Source: Callorhinchus milii (taxonomy: Eukaryota). Taken from it: a stretch of DNA of 64,000 nucleotides. The notes beneath the pieces were generated by a model, which was not told the origin of the DNA, did no database searches, and was given only the letters and a program-made list of their open reading frames with translations. Shown here one piece after another: positions 12,847 through 26,827 of the stretch (positions within the stretch are counted from its first letter, which is position 1; each line of letters starts with the position of its first letter). The DNA lies in assembly GCF_018977255.1 (NCBI RefSeq), contig NW_024704742.1, positions 16,990,001 through 17,054,000 of the forward strand, read 5' to 3'. A program made the position numbers and the translations under genes.

Positions 12847-13723
12847 ATGATGTCAACAAGAGGGAGCGTATAGATATTGAAGAGGAGGGGACCAAGGACA
12901 GATCCCTGAGGAACGCCACACATGACAGTGCGGGGCTGGAGGAGAAACCTTAGTGGCGACATAGTGGAGACAGTGGGAGAGGCAGGCAAGGACAGGTCTG
13001 CGAAGGTTGAGCTGAGAGAATAGGTGGTTGAGTATCAAAGGCAGTGGAGAGGTCGAGCAGGACAAAAAGGCAGAGAGAACCTTGCTCACAGTTGTTCAGA
13101 ATGTTGTTAGTGACTTAGACCAGGGCTGTTTCCGTGCTGTGGGCAGCATGGAAACCCAATTGCCTCTATAAAACATGTAGTCACTCCACTTTATATCCTG
13201 CAAAGAGCTTTGAGATATCAACCCAACAGGAAAAGTGCTATATCAAATGTAAAGATTATTATCATTATTATTGTTATTACTAAATACACAAGTTACATAA
13301 ACTTTTTCCGGACCTCTGAGACAGTTTAGGCAAGCAAGCACCATAGAGTAGCCTCCCCAATTACGTGCGTCATGGGTTTTTATTTCCAGTAAATGCTCGT
13401 TTGGTTAAGTGGCACTTTGTCAGCAGTTTTTATTTCCCCAAACACACAGGATTGTGCAAGAGGACATGATCTGGCTTGGGCAGGATACCCTTACAAGACT
13501 GATTTGGGTGAAAAATCAATTTGACCTAATTCTTCCAGAACACATGCACTACCATCCTCCCATCATAGCATCTGCTTTTTTTTAAAAAATGCAGCAACCA
13601 GCATGCTGGCCTCAACCACCCTTCCTGGCAGGAGCTCTTTCCAAAGGGTGCAAGCCTGCCGACAGTCATTGTCCAGCTGTAACACTGCTAAAAGAGGTAG
13701 CACAGGTCTGCTGCCTTGTCCAG

Positions 13724-14830
13724 ACAACAACAACAACAAGATTACATTTGTATAGCGCCTTTGACGTCGGGAGGACGTCCCAAGGCGCTGGACAGTGTAC
13801 AGCATATCAGACCCGAGCTGGGGTTGGGGGAGGAAGGGAGGGGAGGGGAAGGGGGGTGGCCGATGGCATGGTCGAAGAGGAGGGTCTTGAGGTGGGACTT
13901 GAAGGAGGCTAAGGAGGGGATGTGGCGGAGTGATTGGGGGATGGAATTCCAGAGGTTGGGGGCAGAGTGGCTGAAGGCGGGTGGGTTGGGGGACATGGAG
14001 CAGGCCAGAGCCGGCTGAGCGGAGGGAACGGGTGGGTTGGTAGGGGGTTAGGAGGTCGCAGAGGTAGGATGGGGCGAGGCCATGGAGGGCTTTGTATGTG
14101 AGGACCAGGATCTTGAACTGGATCCTCTGAAGGATAGGGAGCCAATGGAGTCGGGCGAGAGTGGGGAGATGGGGTCACGGAGTTTGGTTCGGGAGAGGAC
14201 ACGGGCTGCAGAGTTCTGGATTATCTGCAGGCTGTGGAGGGAGGAGTTGGGAAGGCCGACAAGAGGGCATTTGCATAGTCGAGCCTGGAGGTGATGAAGG
14301 CATGAACAAGAGTTTCAGCCGCCTGAGGGGTGAGGTAGTGGCGGAGTCGGGTGATGTTACAGAGGTGAGGGAAGGCAGAGCGGGTTATGGCTTGAATGTA
14401 GGAGAGAAAAGACAGTTGAGGGTCGAACAAGACACCTAGGTTCCTGACTGGCTGGTGAGTTGTAATATGCAACCAGAGCCTGAGGTGCAGAGGCGCTGGC
14501 GCGAGCCAATCAGGAGGGCCTCAGTCTTGTTCACATTCAACTGTAGGAAATTTGCCCTCATCCAGGACTTGATGTCTGTCAGGACAGCAGTGGTCCTGGA
14601 GTTGAGGGTGGAGGCAGAAAGATAGAGTTGGGTGTCATCCGCATACATGTGGAAGTTGACCCCATGTCTGCGGATGATGTCCCCAAGGGCGAGCATGTAG
14701 ATATAAAAGAGGAGAGGGCCAAGGACAGAGCCCTGGGGGACGCCAGATGTGACAGTGCGGGGGCTGGAGGAGAAACCGTCAGAGGCAACAAAGTGGAGAC
14801 ATTGAGAGAGATAGGAATCGAACCAGGCAA
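13724..14830 (-). mobile_element. L2 LINE, 5'-truncated
   Basis: [39 protein letters not shown] across frameshifted ORFs; (TTG)n tail. Confidence 0.9.
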
Positions 14831-14977
14831 GAGCAGATCCGTGAAGATTGAGTAAAATGGAGACCCAGGACTACAGCAAGTCACAGCTCTTACTGGAGGA
14901 AAGGAGGAAAATTGAAGGAAAAAGAAGCAAATAAATCCATTTCTGGTTGACATGCAAGAAAGTCGATAAACTTGTTA

Positions 14978-15160
<183 letters not shown>

Positions 15161-17006
15161 TCAGCTCAGGAAAGAATCAAGAGATACACAATAAACCATT
15201 AATAACTCGTCGCTCCAAGTTATCTGGAGTGGCAAGTTAGGCGCATATATATATATATATATACATACACATAAATGAATATGTCCAGAATATTTACAGC
15301 ATGATGACTTAAATGGTAGTGACAAGTTAAGCCAGGGTCGAGTTATCAGGAGTTTACTGTATTCAGGTTACGATACAGTTAATGGACATACAAAGCAATG
15401 TAAAACACAATCTTTTATTATCTTTGTCATCCAAACACATTAAGCAGTGCTCTCAATCTGCACGTCATTTATATTATTTTTACTTAGTAATGTTTTTGTT
15501 GTATTTTTCCTCAAGGCCCCAAATTTAAACATGCTATCATGCTATTGTACATAACCCTAGGCACAAGAGATTCGCAATCGTCAATTAAAAAAACAAACTG
15601 ACGCAAGCAAATAATTTATCTTTTTTTAAAGTTAAACATTTCTTGGAGACTTATTCCCTACTTCTCAGTAAAAAATACCAACCTTGGATGTGAATGGGTC
15701 TTAATCTCTGCTTACTGGTAGCTGTTTTACGCATATTCTGCCAAGGTTCATTAAATTGCCGAGAAGCAGAGTAACCTCATTATGCCTTTTCCCTCCTGTT
15801 GTGTTTGTTTTTGGAATATTTTGTTTTGTACTGATAACATCACCAGGGAAATTGGTTGACAGGACCTCCTCAGCACAATAACATGAAGGAAGCAAACTAA
15901 ACTAAAATCCTTGGATGCCCGTGATTAACCAAAGTGCCTCAGTCATCTACCATTTCTGTTGCATCTGTTAAATATGTGTGACTTGCACAATTGGTCTTAA
16001 TAATATCTGAATAATACCTGCCAAGCAGCCCTGCATTAATGGTCATTTTTCAATCAAAAATATGTTCAAATTTTACAGTATTTAAGGATGCAAATGTTAG
16101 AATTCACGAATTCAATCTGCTTAAAAGGGATATGATACATGAAAGCAACCTTAGAACCTTTTATATGTCACTAGTCTTTCGGCAAAGGCAGATCTGAGGA
16201 TCTCTTCATTTCCATTTAGCAACTGTTTAACGTCTTTTCATGCAGGGCTAACCAGCAGGGTGATACAAAGGAGGGCACAGGCACTGAAAGATTACACATT
16301 GAGCAAATATATTCTTTTAGGAGTTAATATTGGAAATAAAGGAAACCATTGTTCTGGCATGGAGGATTTCCAAAAGATAATTCACCTCCAGTTAGTCGTG
16401 AAGAAAACTACACTAAATATATCTCCTTCTTGAGATCCTATTTGCTTGAGCACTCAGGAGCCTTGTGAATAAAACCTGCCATGCTGCATACCTGATGAGA
16501 TTACAAAGGCAATGTGCCCATCTCTGGCTGGCATCTTGAGATGAGTAAGAAGTCACATCCGACCCAAACCTAGATTCAGACTCAATGCTGACAGGCAAGA
16601 AGAATCAAAGCTCAAGAATGTTTGTCAGGTCATGTGGCCTAGGCAGTACTGAGCCTCTGGCTTGTATTCAAGCACTGAGATTGGTATCCTCTTTGCTGCT
16701 GAATGTGAGCTGCACTCATGCCAACGGCTCCCAGCTACAAACAGATCCACTAGATGTGACTGCACCAAACTGTTTGCAGCCAGAAGACATAACGTGACTG
16801 TTCTCTTTGAAGTTGCTTGAGGAGCTCCATAACTCAAAATATTTTTGCAGTCTTTCTGGAGGGGAAAACTTTACACTGAAAAAAACATGCTTTCCAATAG
16901 TGCTAATCTTCCTTAATTCAACTATTACATAAATAAATAAATAAATAAATGTATAAAGTTATATACAATGGCACAGCTATGTGTCCAACTGGTCAAAGTT
17001 CAATAC

Positions 17007-17109
17007 CAAGAAGCGGTGCCTTTCTCCAATAGCCATCTCGTACTTCTATGTAGTCATACCAGCACAGGCGGCTCTTGAAAAGATCCATGGTGGTAAAATT
17101 TAACACAAT
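17007..17109 (-). CDS. TLL1: TLL1 coding exon (exon 10 equivalent), CUB1 middle: [34 protein letters not shown]
   Basis: Within ORF 16993..17193; acceptor gttgcag, donor CTTG|gtattg; 103 nt. Confidence 0.96.
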
Positions 17110-17807
17110 CTGCAACAGAAATGAATAGAGAAGCTGATTAGAATGGAAAACAACTGGAAAGTACTGTAATGTGGTCAATGCGAATGACACCACTCATTCC
17201 CAGCAGAAGCACCAGAAACTAGAGTGTTGTCTCAAGTGAATCACCTAGGGTCGCGAGGCTTCATCTTGGACATCACTGGAGCCGAGGTGTGTGACATACG
17301 GAGAATTCCCTGGAGAATGCTTACGGCAGTAGCCATGCAGCAGGTGTTACACTAAAGGATTCTGTAGGTGCTATTATGCTGCATATATTCTACTGCTATT
17401 GGATAAGTAAACGTCTCTGCTACTGCAAGTTTTAAATAGATGCTGGTAACGTGTTTATCTTGCTGTAACATAATCAAAATGGGTTGCAGTGTTTTACTTT
17501 TAGCACTAAACATAAGAGAATATCACTCCTACAAGCAGTATGACTTTCTGATGTCAGCCTTTGGCTCTCGGGGAGATTGGCATCCTTCCTGCTCCCTCGA
17601 TGTCAGTTCCATTGCAGCCCAACATGTTATTGTTTCTGGGAGCACTTTAAAACCAGGTAAACACAGAGTGGTTTCTCTCAGAGAAGAGACAATTTCTGTG
17701 ATGTTTTTTGTTTAATGCATCTCGTGACCTAAATTAAAGAATTTCCCTCATTCTCATTTCCCCAGTAATGTAACACTTTCTTGAACTGAGAAATTTAGAC
17801 TGCGGCG

Positions 17808-18047
17808 TGATGGCAGTGTGGCTCATTTGGTTACACTCCTGCCTCCGAATCAGATGGTTGTGGGTTCAATTCCTACAATGGGACTTTGAACTCACAGTCT
17901 AGGCTGAATACTCCAATGTAATGCTGGAGGTGTACCGCATTTTCAGAGGTGCCTTTCTTCGGATGAGAAGTTAAACCAAATCTGCCATCTTAGGTGGACA
18001 TTGAAGATTCCTTGGCACTATGTGAAATAAGAAGGGAGTTTCCTTTG
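17808..18047 (+). mobile_element. Old DeuSINE-like element: tRNA-like head plus Deu-type core
   Basis: A/B-box-like head (gtggctcatttgg...ggttcaattcc) then ggatgagaagttaaacc...ggtggacattgaagattccttggcactat; related segments near 54185, 62630 and 62888 (+) and 26160, 46470 (-). Family name is from recalled consensus. Confidence 0.65.
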
Positions 18048-18099
18048 ATGAAAATTCATCTAGCTCTGTTCTAAACCCCTTTATATAGTTTCTTGTTTT

Positions 18100-19170
18100 C
18101 ATAGATTCATAGAATGTTACGAGTCTGTGCGGCTCTTTGACAGAGCAAGTCACTTTCACTAACCCCAATCACCAGCTTTCTCCCCATAACCCTGCAAACC
18201 CGTCTTCCCCAGATACCTATCCAGTTCTCTCTTAAAAGCTGTTATCGAATCGGACTTCACTACTCTTTCAGGCAGATCATTCCAAATTCGAACAACTTGT
18301 TGAGTGAAAACATTTCTTCTAACCTCCCCTCTACTTCTTTTGGTAGATATCTTAAGACTGACCGCAGGTCACAGACACACCTACCAGCACAAACAGCTTT
18401 TCCCTATCTCGCCTGTCAAAACCTTTCATGATCTTGAAGACCTCTATCACGTCCCCACGTAACCTTCTCTGCTCTAATGGGAAAAGTCATAACTTCTCCA
18501 GCCTGTCCTCATAGCTAAGGTTCCCCATTCCTGGTATCATTCTCGTGAATCTCATCTGCACCCTTTCCAGTGCCTTAATGTCCTTCCTGAAGTAAGGTGC
18601 CCAGAACTGGACGCAGTACTCCAGCTGAGGCCTAACCAGTGTTTTGTATAGATTAACCATAACCTCCCTACTCTTATACTCTATGCCCCTACTAATAAAG
18701 CTCAGTTCACCAAATGCCTTTTTTACTGCCTTATCTACCTGCCCTTTAATGATTCGCTTACTTGAACACCCAGATCTCTCTGTACATTCACCCCCCTTAA
18801 GATTGAGCTACCAAGTCTATATTGCCTCCTATTATTTTTCCTACCCAAGTGTATCACCTCGCACTTATCCACATTGAAATCCATCTGCCACATGTCAGCC
18901 TATTCCACCATTCTGTGTATGTCTGCTTGCAGTTGGTTACAGTCCTCCTCATTACTTACTACCCTACCCAACTTTGTATCATCTGCAAACTTGGAAATAG
19001 TGCTCTCTATGCCCAAGTCCAGATCATTAATATATATTAGAAAGAGCAGTGGTCCCAATACCGATCCCTGGGGGACACCGCTGCACACCTCCTTCCATTT
19101 CGAGAAACACCCATTAACCACCACCCTCTGCTTTCTGTCACTCAGCCAGTTCTTAATCCAAACTGCCACT
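18100..19170 (-). mobile_element. CR1 LINE fragment, second subfamily
   Basis: ORF 18900..19208 [22 protein letters not shown]...SKFADDTKLG; different 3' UTR from the 3107 copy. Confidence 0.9.
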
Positions 19171-20609
19171 GCCAGGTGTTCCAACACCTCTGCTGATGTT
19201 TGTTCCACATTTTTTACTGGAACAATTTCTCCTGTACTTCCTATCCTCTTCTGTGACCTTTATTTCAATGGTGAAAGCCAGAAGGAAAGAGAGTATGAGT
19301 AACCTTAATTAAATAATTAGTATTAAAGTTAGAAAAGAGAGGCTGCAGAGAGATGTTATATTCGTTATTAAAATGGAAAGTTAAATAGAAAAAGTAGAGA
19401 ATAGCAAAGAAGGGACATGTGTCATAAGAAAGAAGAAAGGGAAGACAAACAGAGTGGAATTATTCTGTCAACTAAATGGAAATCAACTTCAAAAGCTTGC
19501 ATTTATGTAGAACCCATCATCTTGGAGTGCTTTACATGTTGGGGTTGAATGCTGAGCGAGGGAAAAAGAAGAGGGAATGGTGACCATAGGAGCGATTGAA
19601 AAGATGGACTTTAAGATAGCATTACCATAACAATGCAACTCCTAACATTTGAGTGCTTTATTACTGTAATACTGTTTTTACATCAGCTTCACAATGTGTG
19701 AACTCAAACTTAACAAAACTGGTCAGCCCAGAAAGGCATAGATTTCTCTCAACCTGTTAGCATTTTATGCTTCTTGTTCTTATCAAAATCTCACTCTTAA
19801 CATTTTCTCAATGTTGACAGCTGTGATCTCAGGCCCATCTAAGTTCTCAACTATCCATTTCCTATTCCTAGTCGATTTCATGGTTGGTTAGCAAGCACTG
19901 AACTCTGAAATGTTTATACAGAAAACTTTACAGTAAATTATTGTATTAGTATAGTAGTCTCAGGAGGGCATAGTAAAACTAACAAAAGGTCTGCAATGTT
20001 TCAGAATGTTTGTATAGGGCAATGGCAGGGCTGTCCATTTACACATCCCAGGGGATTCCAGAGCAAGAACTGCTGCCTTTGTTATCAAAGCAATTTTACT
20101 TAATCAAAAATGATGGTTCTCAAAAGAAGAAAGTATAGAGCCAAGTACTATGACTGTGTATGAATGCGTATCCAAGATGTGATCAGGAGGACAGTGTCAA
20201 CGCTTTCACACGTTTTATGGTCCTCAGGAGTTTATGGTATCTGATCTCCATAATAATCCTTGAATTTGATATAGCGTTTTATCCTGTCACTAAGACATCT
20301 CAAAGCGCTTCACAGAATCTATTGTAAAGTGAATTGATTGTATAATTTCCATCAAGCAAAGATTCAAACCTATACTTGTCAGATGTCTAATGGCCAACTT
20401 GTGAATGTCTTCCTTGCAGGAAAGGAGGGAAGCGGAGCCTCTTTAGAGCTAAGTTGTTTGGCAATCGAAAATTATAATGCAGATGATCCTATGTGGCAAT
20501 CCCAGTTGTCTATACTAGTGTGTGTGGGTGGTGGTGGTGGGTGGAGAGATACTTCAGGCATTGGCTCATTGATGAGATGTGAAGTAGCAACGAGGAACTG
20601 GTCACGAAC

Positions 20610-21966
20610 CTTCTCGAACCCTTCCAATCGGGCTTCCGTGCTGCCCACAGCACAGAAACCGCCCTGGTCAAAGTGACAAATGACATTCTGTCCATCTGCA
20701 ACCAGGGGTCCCTCTGCCTCCTCGTCCTCCTTGACCTCTCTGCTGCTTTCGATACTGTTGACCACTCTATCCTCATCCACGGCCTCTCCTCTCACCTCAA
20801 CGGTGCTGTCCTTAATTGATTCAGATCATACCTCTCACACCGCCTGCACTTCATCTCCTCAAACGGCTTCTACTCTAGCCCCCACAACGTCTCGTGCGGT
20901 GTTGCTCAGAGCTTTGTCCTTGTTCCCCTCCTCTTCAATATTTATATGCTCCCTCTTGGTGACACCATTTGCAGACATGGGGTCAACTTCCACATGTATG
21001 TGGATGTCACCCAACTCTACCTCTCTGCCTCCACCCTTAACTCCAGGACCACTGCTGTCTTGACAGAATGTCTGTCAGACATCAAGTCCTGGATGAGAGC
21101 TAACTTTCTTCATTTGAACGTCAACAAGTCCTGATTGGCTCCCGTCAGCGCCTCCACACCTCAGGCACTGACAGCATCACCATCCATGGTTGCACATTCC
21201 ACCTTGCTAAGCCAGTCCAGAACTTTGGGGTCTTGTTTGACCCTCAACTATCCTTTCTACCCCACCTCTGCGCCATGACCTGCCCTGCCATCCCCCACCT
21301 CTGCAACTTCGCCCGGCTCCGACACTGTCTCACACCGCAGGCCGCCGAAATCCTCATATATGCTTTCACCTATGCCAAGGCTCGACTACGCAAACTTACT
21401 GTTTGTCAGCCTCCCCATCATCTCCCTCCACAGGATGCAAATCATCCAGAACTCTGCAACCAGTCTCCTCTCCCACACTAGGCTCCACGACCCTATCACC
21501 TCATCCTTGCCCAACTCCATGGGCTTCCCATCACACAGAGGATACAGTTCAAGATCCTGATCCTCACCTTCAAAGCCCTCCACGGTCTTGCTCCCCCCTA
21601 CCTCTCCGACCTCCTAACACCCTACCACCCTGTTCGCTCCGTCCGCTCAGCGGGCTCCGGCCTGCTTCACGTCCCCCGCCTTGCTCGCCCCACTATCGGT
21701 GGGCGGGCCTTCCGCCTCTTTGCCCCCACCCTCTTGAACTCCACCCTGCACTCCCTCCGTCTCATGCCCTCCCTCACCACCTTCAAGACCATCATGGTCG
21801 AAGACCTCTTCGACTATGCTTTCGATTTCCCTGCTTTCTCCCCTGCCCTCCCACCTCCCCCACCCCGATCCTCAGCTCAGGTCCTTAACTCTGTCTGTCC
21901 AGCGCCTTGGGACATCCTCTGGACATGAAAGGTGCTATACAAATGTAATTTTGTTGTTGTTGTTGT
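20610..21966 (+). mobile_element. L2 LINE, 5'-truncated, degraded
   Basis: [24 protein letters not shown], tail hairpin and (TTG)n. Confidence 0.9.
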
Positions 21967-22699
21967 CACTGCTGCAGGGAATCTTCCCACTCAGCTCCAA
22001 TAATTCTGCAAACCGAAGTCCTAATGGTAGGGTGATCCTAGCCTAACAAGCAACATAAAACCTTCCAGTCACTGTCGAAAACCTAACAATGACCCTGATG
22101 CCAAAGGTAGAGAATAGGCAGACTTAAAAGGGAATTCCTTGGCTGATATTACCAGACAAAACTGGATTCATGAATAAGACTGAGCAGCTAGAAGACCATA
22201 GCTCCATAGAAAAGTCCATAAATTGGGATTATCTGACACATTCCATTTCTTATAGTGCATTATTCAAAACATCTCACAGCACTTTACAATAATTCCTATC
22301 AAGTGCTATTCCTGTTTTGGATTAGACACACTTCATATGAGACATTCAACTAAGGACTTCCGCTGTTCAAGTGAACACTAAAAAGAGAAGGGAGTTTCTC
22401 CTGATGTCCTGATTGGTGTCCTCGTCATTCGTTTCACAGCTTTTAGTGGGACTGCTGTATTTACAGAAAATATACAGTCACTCACTTCACAGTAAATCCT
22501 GTGATCCACTTGGAGATATCCTCGCAATGTGAAAAGCACTATACAGTATCAAGGTTGATTATTACTACTGTCATTATGTTCATTAAATCAGTATGTGAAA
22601 CTGGTGGTACATTCATTATATCCTGCTCAGGGAAAGCCAATGCCTACATCCAGCTTTTATATAAACATGCATTGAATACAATAGCAAGTAGCCAATATT

Positions 22700-22905
22700 A
22701 AATTTGTACAAGACATTGGTTAGGCCACAACTGGAATATCATGTCAATTTTGGGCACCGCATTATTGAAATGACATCACTGCCATGGATACAACACAGAA
22801 GAGATTCAATTTGATGTTATCGAGGAGGAAAGCATATAATTATGTGAAGATTCGAAAAAATATAAATTTTTGCTGGAGCAGAGCAGGTTAAGAGCAGATT
22901 TAAAG
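22700..22905 (+). mobile_element. Highly degraded CR1 fragment
   Basis: ttgtacaagacattggttaggccacaactggaatat translates as LYKTLVRPQLEY. Confidence 0.65.
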
Positions 22906-25137
22906 ACGTTCGCAACAACAACTTGCATTTATATAGCCCCTCAGGAAGGGTAGTGTCCCAGAGTGTTTGGAAAATTATGCTACATTAAGAGTAAGTCTCG
23001 CAAGATTATAACCCCTGATCAGGAAAGAAAGAATGGTGGGTTAGAAGAAATGTTTTTTTTTACTAAGCAGTTTTTCAAATATGAAATGTTTTTCCACAAA
23101 TTAGAAACTGATTTTTTACAGTGTTTGAAAGGGAATTGAACAAATGCTTGGAAGAAAAGTAATGTTAAATGGGTGTAGGCCAAGAGCAGGATGTGCGATT
23201 GGAGTATAATAATTTGATCACTCAATCCATGACTGTTTGTGGGACATTGCTGTGTGCAATTGGCTGCCGTTTTCGCCCACAAGATACACTGTCAATTCAC
23301 TTTACAGTATATTCTGCGAAGTGCTTTGAGACATCTTAATGGCACGATAAGGAGCTACATCAAATCCAAAGTATTATTATTAAAGCATCAACATCGGCAC
23401 AATGAGCGTAATGCTCGTGATCTTTACTATAAGGACAGTAACTTCCATTTGATACAGCGCCTTATCGTTAAGAAGTCTCAAAGCGCTTTACAGAATATAC
23501 TGTAAAGATGCTGTACCCTGGTGTAATACTGAACCATATAGATTTATGACACAGAAGAAGGCCATTCAGCCCATTGTGTCTGTGCCAGGTAACCCTAACC
23601 CTAATTGGCAGGTTAAGAAACAAGTTTCCAAGTGCTAGCATAATGTACAGCTCAAACCCATATGGTCTCCCTTTTCTTCATTGTCAAGAACTAAAAACCC
23701 CATAATAAGGTATGACAGCAATAGCACTGAGTAATATCAGCACGTCAATTTCTATCCACATCTAGAAGTATGATTACACATCCATTATCATCTAAACATT
23801 TTTTGCAATTCAAAATAGTCTACAATATTCCAGAAACAAACTCCCACACAGAACAGCTGGAGAGATGGCACAGGGCCTTTGAAATGTTAACAATGAGTGG
23901 AGAATTATTTTACGTTGTTTTTTTTTATACTGTGTTTCCAATTGACTTGTTTGGCTTTGTTTCAAAAGAGCTTGGTGCATAAGACGACTCAGCATTATTC
24001 ATAAAATCCTCTGCCAAGTTTCTTATATCGTAAAACACAATGTACTTCAGCTTTTATTTTGTTGTTCTGCGGAACAAGTTATAAGGTAATTTTGTATAAA
24101 TATTCCTCTGGATTTAAATCCACCTCATTAACAAATTAATTACACTTTAATTATTGCTATTAAGAATCCCAAAACATCTTACAATCTTAAAGATGAGATT
24201 ATTCTCTTCAAATTTAAATTAAATTCACACAGAATTTGTTTTTGTTCTAAAAATTCATTGTTAGTCGGCAAATCAGTTTACCACAATTTCTTTTGGCAAA
24301 TACTTTCCAAAATGCTGTAAGATTTTAAATTCGAAGTTATTGGGTTTAAGGCTAGGTTCATGAGACATTTGAGCTTCATAGATAGGAGGATATAGCATAG
24401 AAACAGGCCATGCAACCCAACTAGTCCATGCTGGGGTTTATGCTCCATACCTCCTATTCTCTCTCTGCTACCTTTTGTAATGCAAAGGTATTTAAAGGTT
24501 TTGTTAAAATCATCATATTGAAAGGATCGACCATGGGAATTGAACCTAGACTACCAGCTGTTAGGACGATAACTCTCCTGACATAATAGCACATCAGCCA
24601 CCTGATGATTCCATAGTAATAATACAAATTATTTCACTTTTTTTCATATATAGGACAATGGCCATATATGATAGCAACAACTGTATTTAACATATCACTC
24701 AAATCGCTAAAACCACCAAATGTTTCATTAGGAGATTTCTGTTGACCCCACTCAATAAAGCATAAAATAAGCATATACAGTATCTCAGTTGTTATGTTCT
24801 GAAAGTATATGGAGAAAAAACAGATGAGTGGGACTAAACAGACTTAACAACAACAATAACAAATTTACATTTATATAGAGCCTTTCACATCAGGAGGACA
24901 CCTGAAGGCAGCTTGAAAGGAGGCCAGCACAGACACAATAACCCGAGTAAATGTCTCCGCTCTGCAAAATTCCCATAAGAGTCTGCCCATAAACAGAGAC
25001 TTCCAATAAATCCAAACCCAATTTATTGATTTTGTATAAATACAAGATCACTGTCAGAAGAAATCTTTAAATTAAAGTAATATAGGTGATATCTGCGGAT
25101 GTACACTATAAAATGTTTAAAAAAATCAATATATTAC

Positions 25138-25253
25138 CTTTTCACCAGGTGTAACAGAGATTCTCCAAACACAATGTGTGTAAGAGGGGTATCCATTCGG
25201 AAATCCTGGTGACGTGAAATTACTGGTCGAGTCTTGGAGTGTTTCCCCACACG
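25138..25253 (-). CDS. TLL1: TLL1 coding exon (exon 9 equivalent), CUB1 start: [39 protein letters not shown]
   Basis: Manual translation (the ORF track shows a different frame); acceptor tgtgcag, donor AAG|gtaata; 116 nt. Confidence 0.95.
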
Positions 25254-26827
25254 CTGCACAGAAAAGCAAGAAAAGTATTGAATATGAATCCTATTCTTCA
25301 CCTGGCCAGTTTCAACTGCAAAGGTAAATGGTGACACCAAACAAACAGAAAAAAAAGACAACTACAACATGACCCCAAACTTTGCAAAGCCCCGATTCAT
25401 TAAAATTTGAAGTGTTATTGTTTTCAGCATTGCAAAAAACAAGGTATCAATACTTATCCTGTATATCTTTTGTTAGTCCTTCCACTAACTTGTCCATTCC
25501 TGCTCTCTTCTATCACAACATCCATCCAGGAGATAAAGTAAGGCAAGGTAAATTCCTGCATTTGATAGAGCGCCTTACACGTCAGGACACGTCTCAAAGA
25601 GCTTCGCAGGATTTTACTGTCAATTTGCAGGAATAACATTGATATAGCGCCTTTCACATGAGATAGTGAGAAAGGCTGAGTATTCACATCAGGTGCAGGC
25701 TTCTGCCGCATTTTCAACCAGTCATTGAAACTGTGCCTGGTTAATCCATTTAATCAATACAGTAAAAATAAGTTTCAAATGAAATCCTATCCATTTACTT
25801 AAAGCAGCCAAATGGAGAATACATGCAAGCTTTTGTCAGCAAATGATGTATTGTTTTTTGCTGCTGTGGAAAAATAATGTAATGTAAACATGGGGAAGAG
25901 GTGGTTTTATGTGGCGATTCCCCTACAAATAGCCTTTTACTAATGATTAACCAGACCAGAGGTTTCAGTTTGCTGACAACTATCAGCCTATGCTGAAAAA
26001 AAATTCCATTTGGTATAGCGTCTTATCTCATCAGAAGGGCATCTCAAAGCACTTCACAGGATTTATTGTGAAATGGAGTGACTGTGTAGGCAAATGAGAC
26101 AGTACAATTGTGCACAGCAATGTCCACAAACAGCCATGGAGTGAGTGACCAATTTTATTTGGGGGACTGTTGGCCAGAACACTGGGAGAAACTCCTTTCT
26201 CTTTTTGAATAGTGCCATGGGATCTTTGATGTCCACCTCAACGGGCAGACGGGACCTCAGTTTAGCATCTCATCAGAGACTCAAAGAATCAATGAAAAGT
26301 GCATTCCACTTGTTTGTCAGAACACCGTCACAACTGAATGTATAAACAACAACAACATTTAGCTCACATGAACATGATTCATTTGAAACACTTTGAGGTC
26401 CTCCTCATGTGAAAGGCACTATTTCAGTTCTCTGGCTTCAGAAACCAGCTTGTTCTCTTACTACAATATTTGGAATAGCTTTAACTGTGGTGCAAGGGCA
26501 GCACACGGCAGTGGAAGAAAAGAAAAACAATTAGCTGTCATTGGTGACAATGCTTTTTAACTGCCTTGAGTTACAATGGCATGTCTCTCCTGGTATTACT
26601 AAAGCTTCTGATTTTTGTTTTTAATCGATAACAAATGAAAAACCACTGTCCATATACAAAAAAATGAAATCGGTGTCCATCCAATAAACACTGAAAAATC
26701 ACCATAAATGTTACATTTATGTCATGACACGACCTGCACATGCGTAACTCTCGCTCTCTGGCCACCACTCTCTCTGCTGATACATTTGTGAGAGGGAGGC
26801 ACTGCGCATGCATAAGGACACCTCTCT

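Larger units (their letters stand above)
8995..13163 (-). mobile_element. Older L2 element split into three pieces (about 8995-9848, 12452-12526, 12847-13163) by CR1 and SINE insertions
   Basis: Pieces rejoin colinearly with the uninterrupted L2 at 14581-14790 (gtcctggagt | agggtggaggcaga; gcggatgat | gtca); [13 protein letters not shown] motif. Confidence 0.88.

Noticed and set aside
16492..16530. Other CTGATGA hammerhead-like heptamers (also near 24602, 27254, 48056, 53475, 54231)
   Set aside because: No stem II followed by GAAA in the right spacing.
23590..23604. TAACCCTAACCCTAA telomere-like repeat
   Set aside because: Only about 2.5 units; too short to call an interstitial telomeric sequence.
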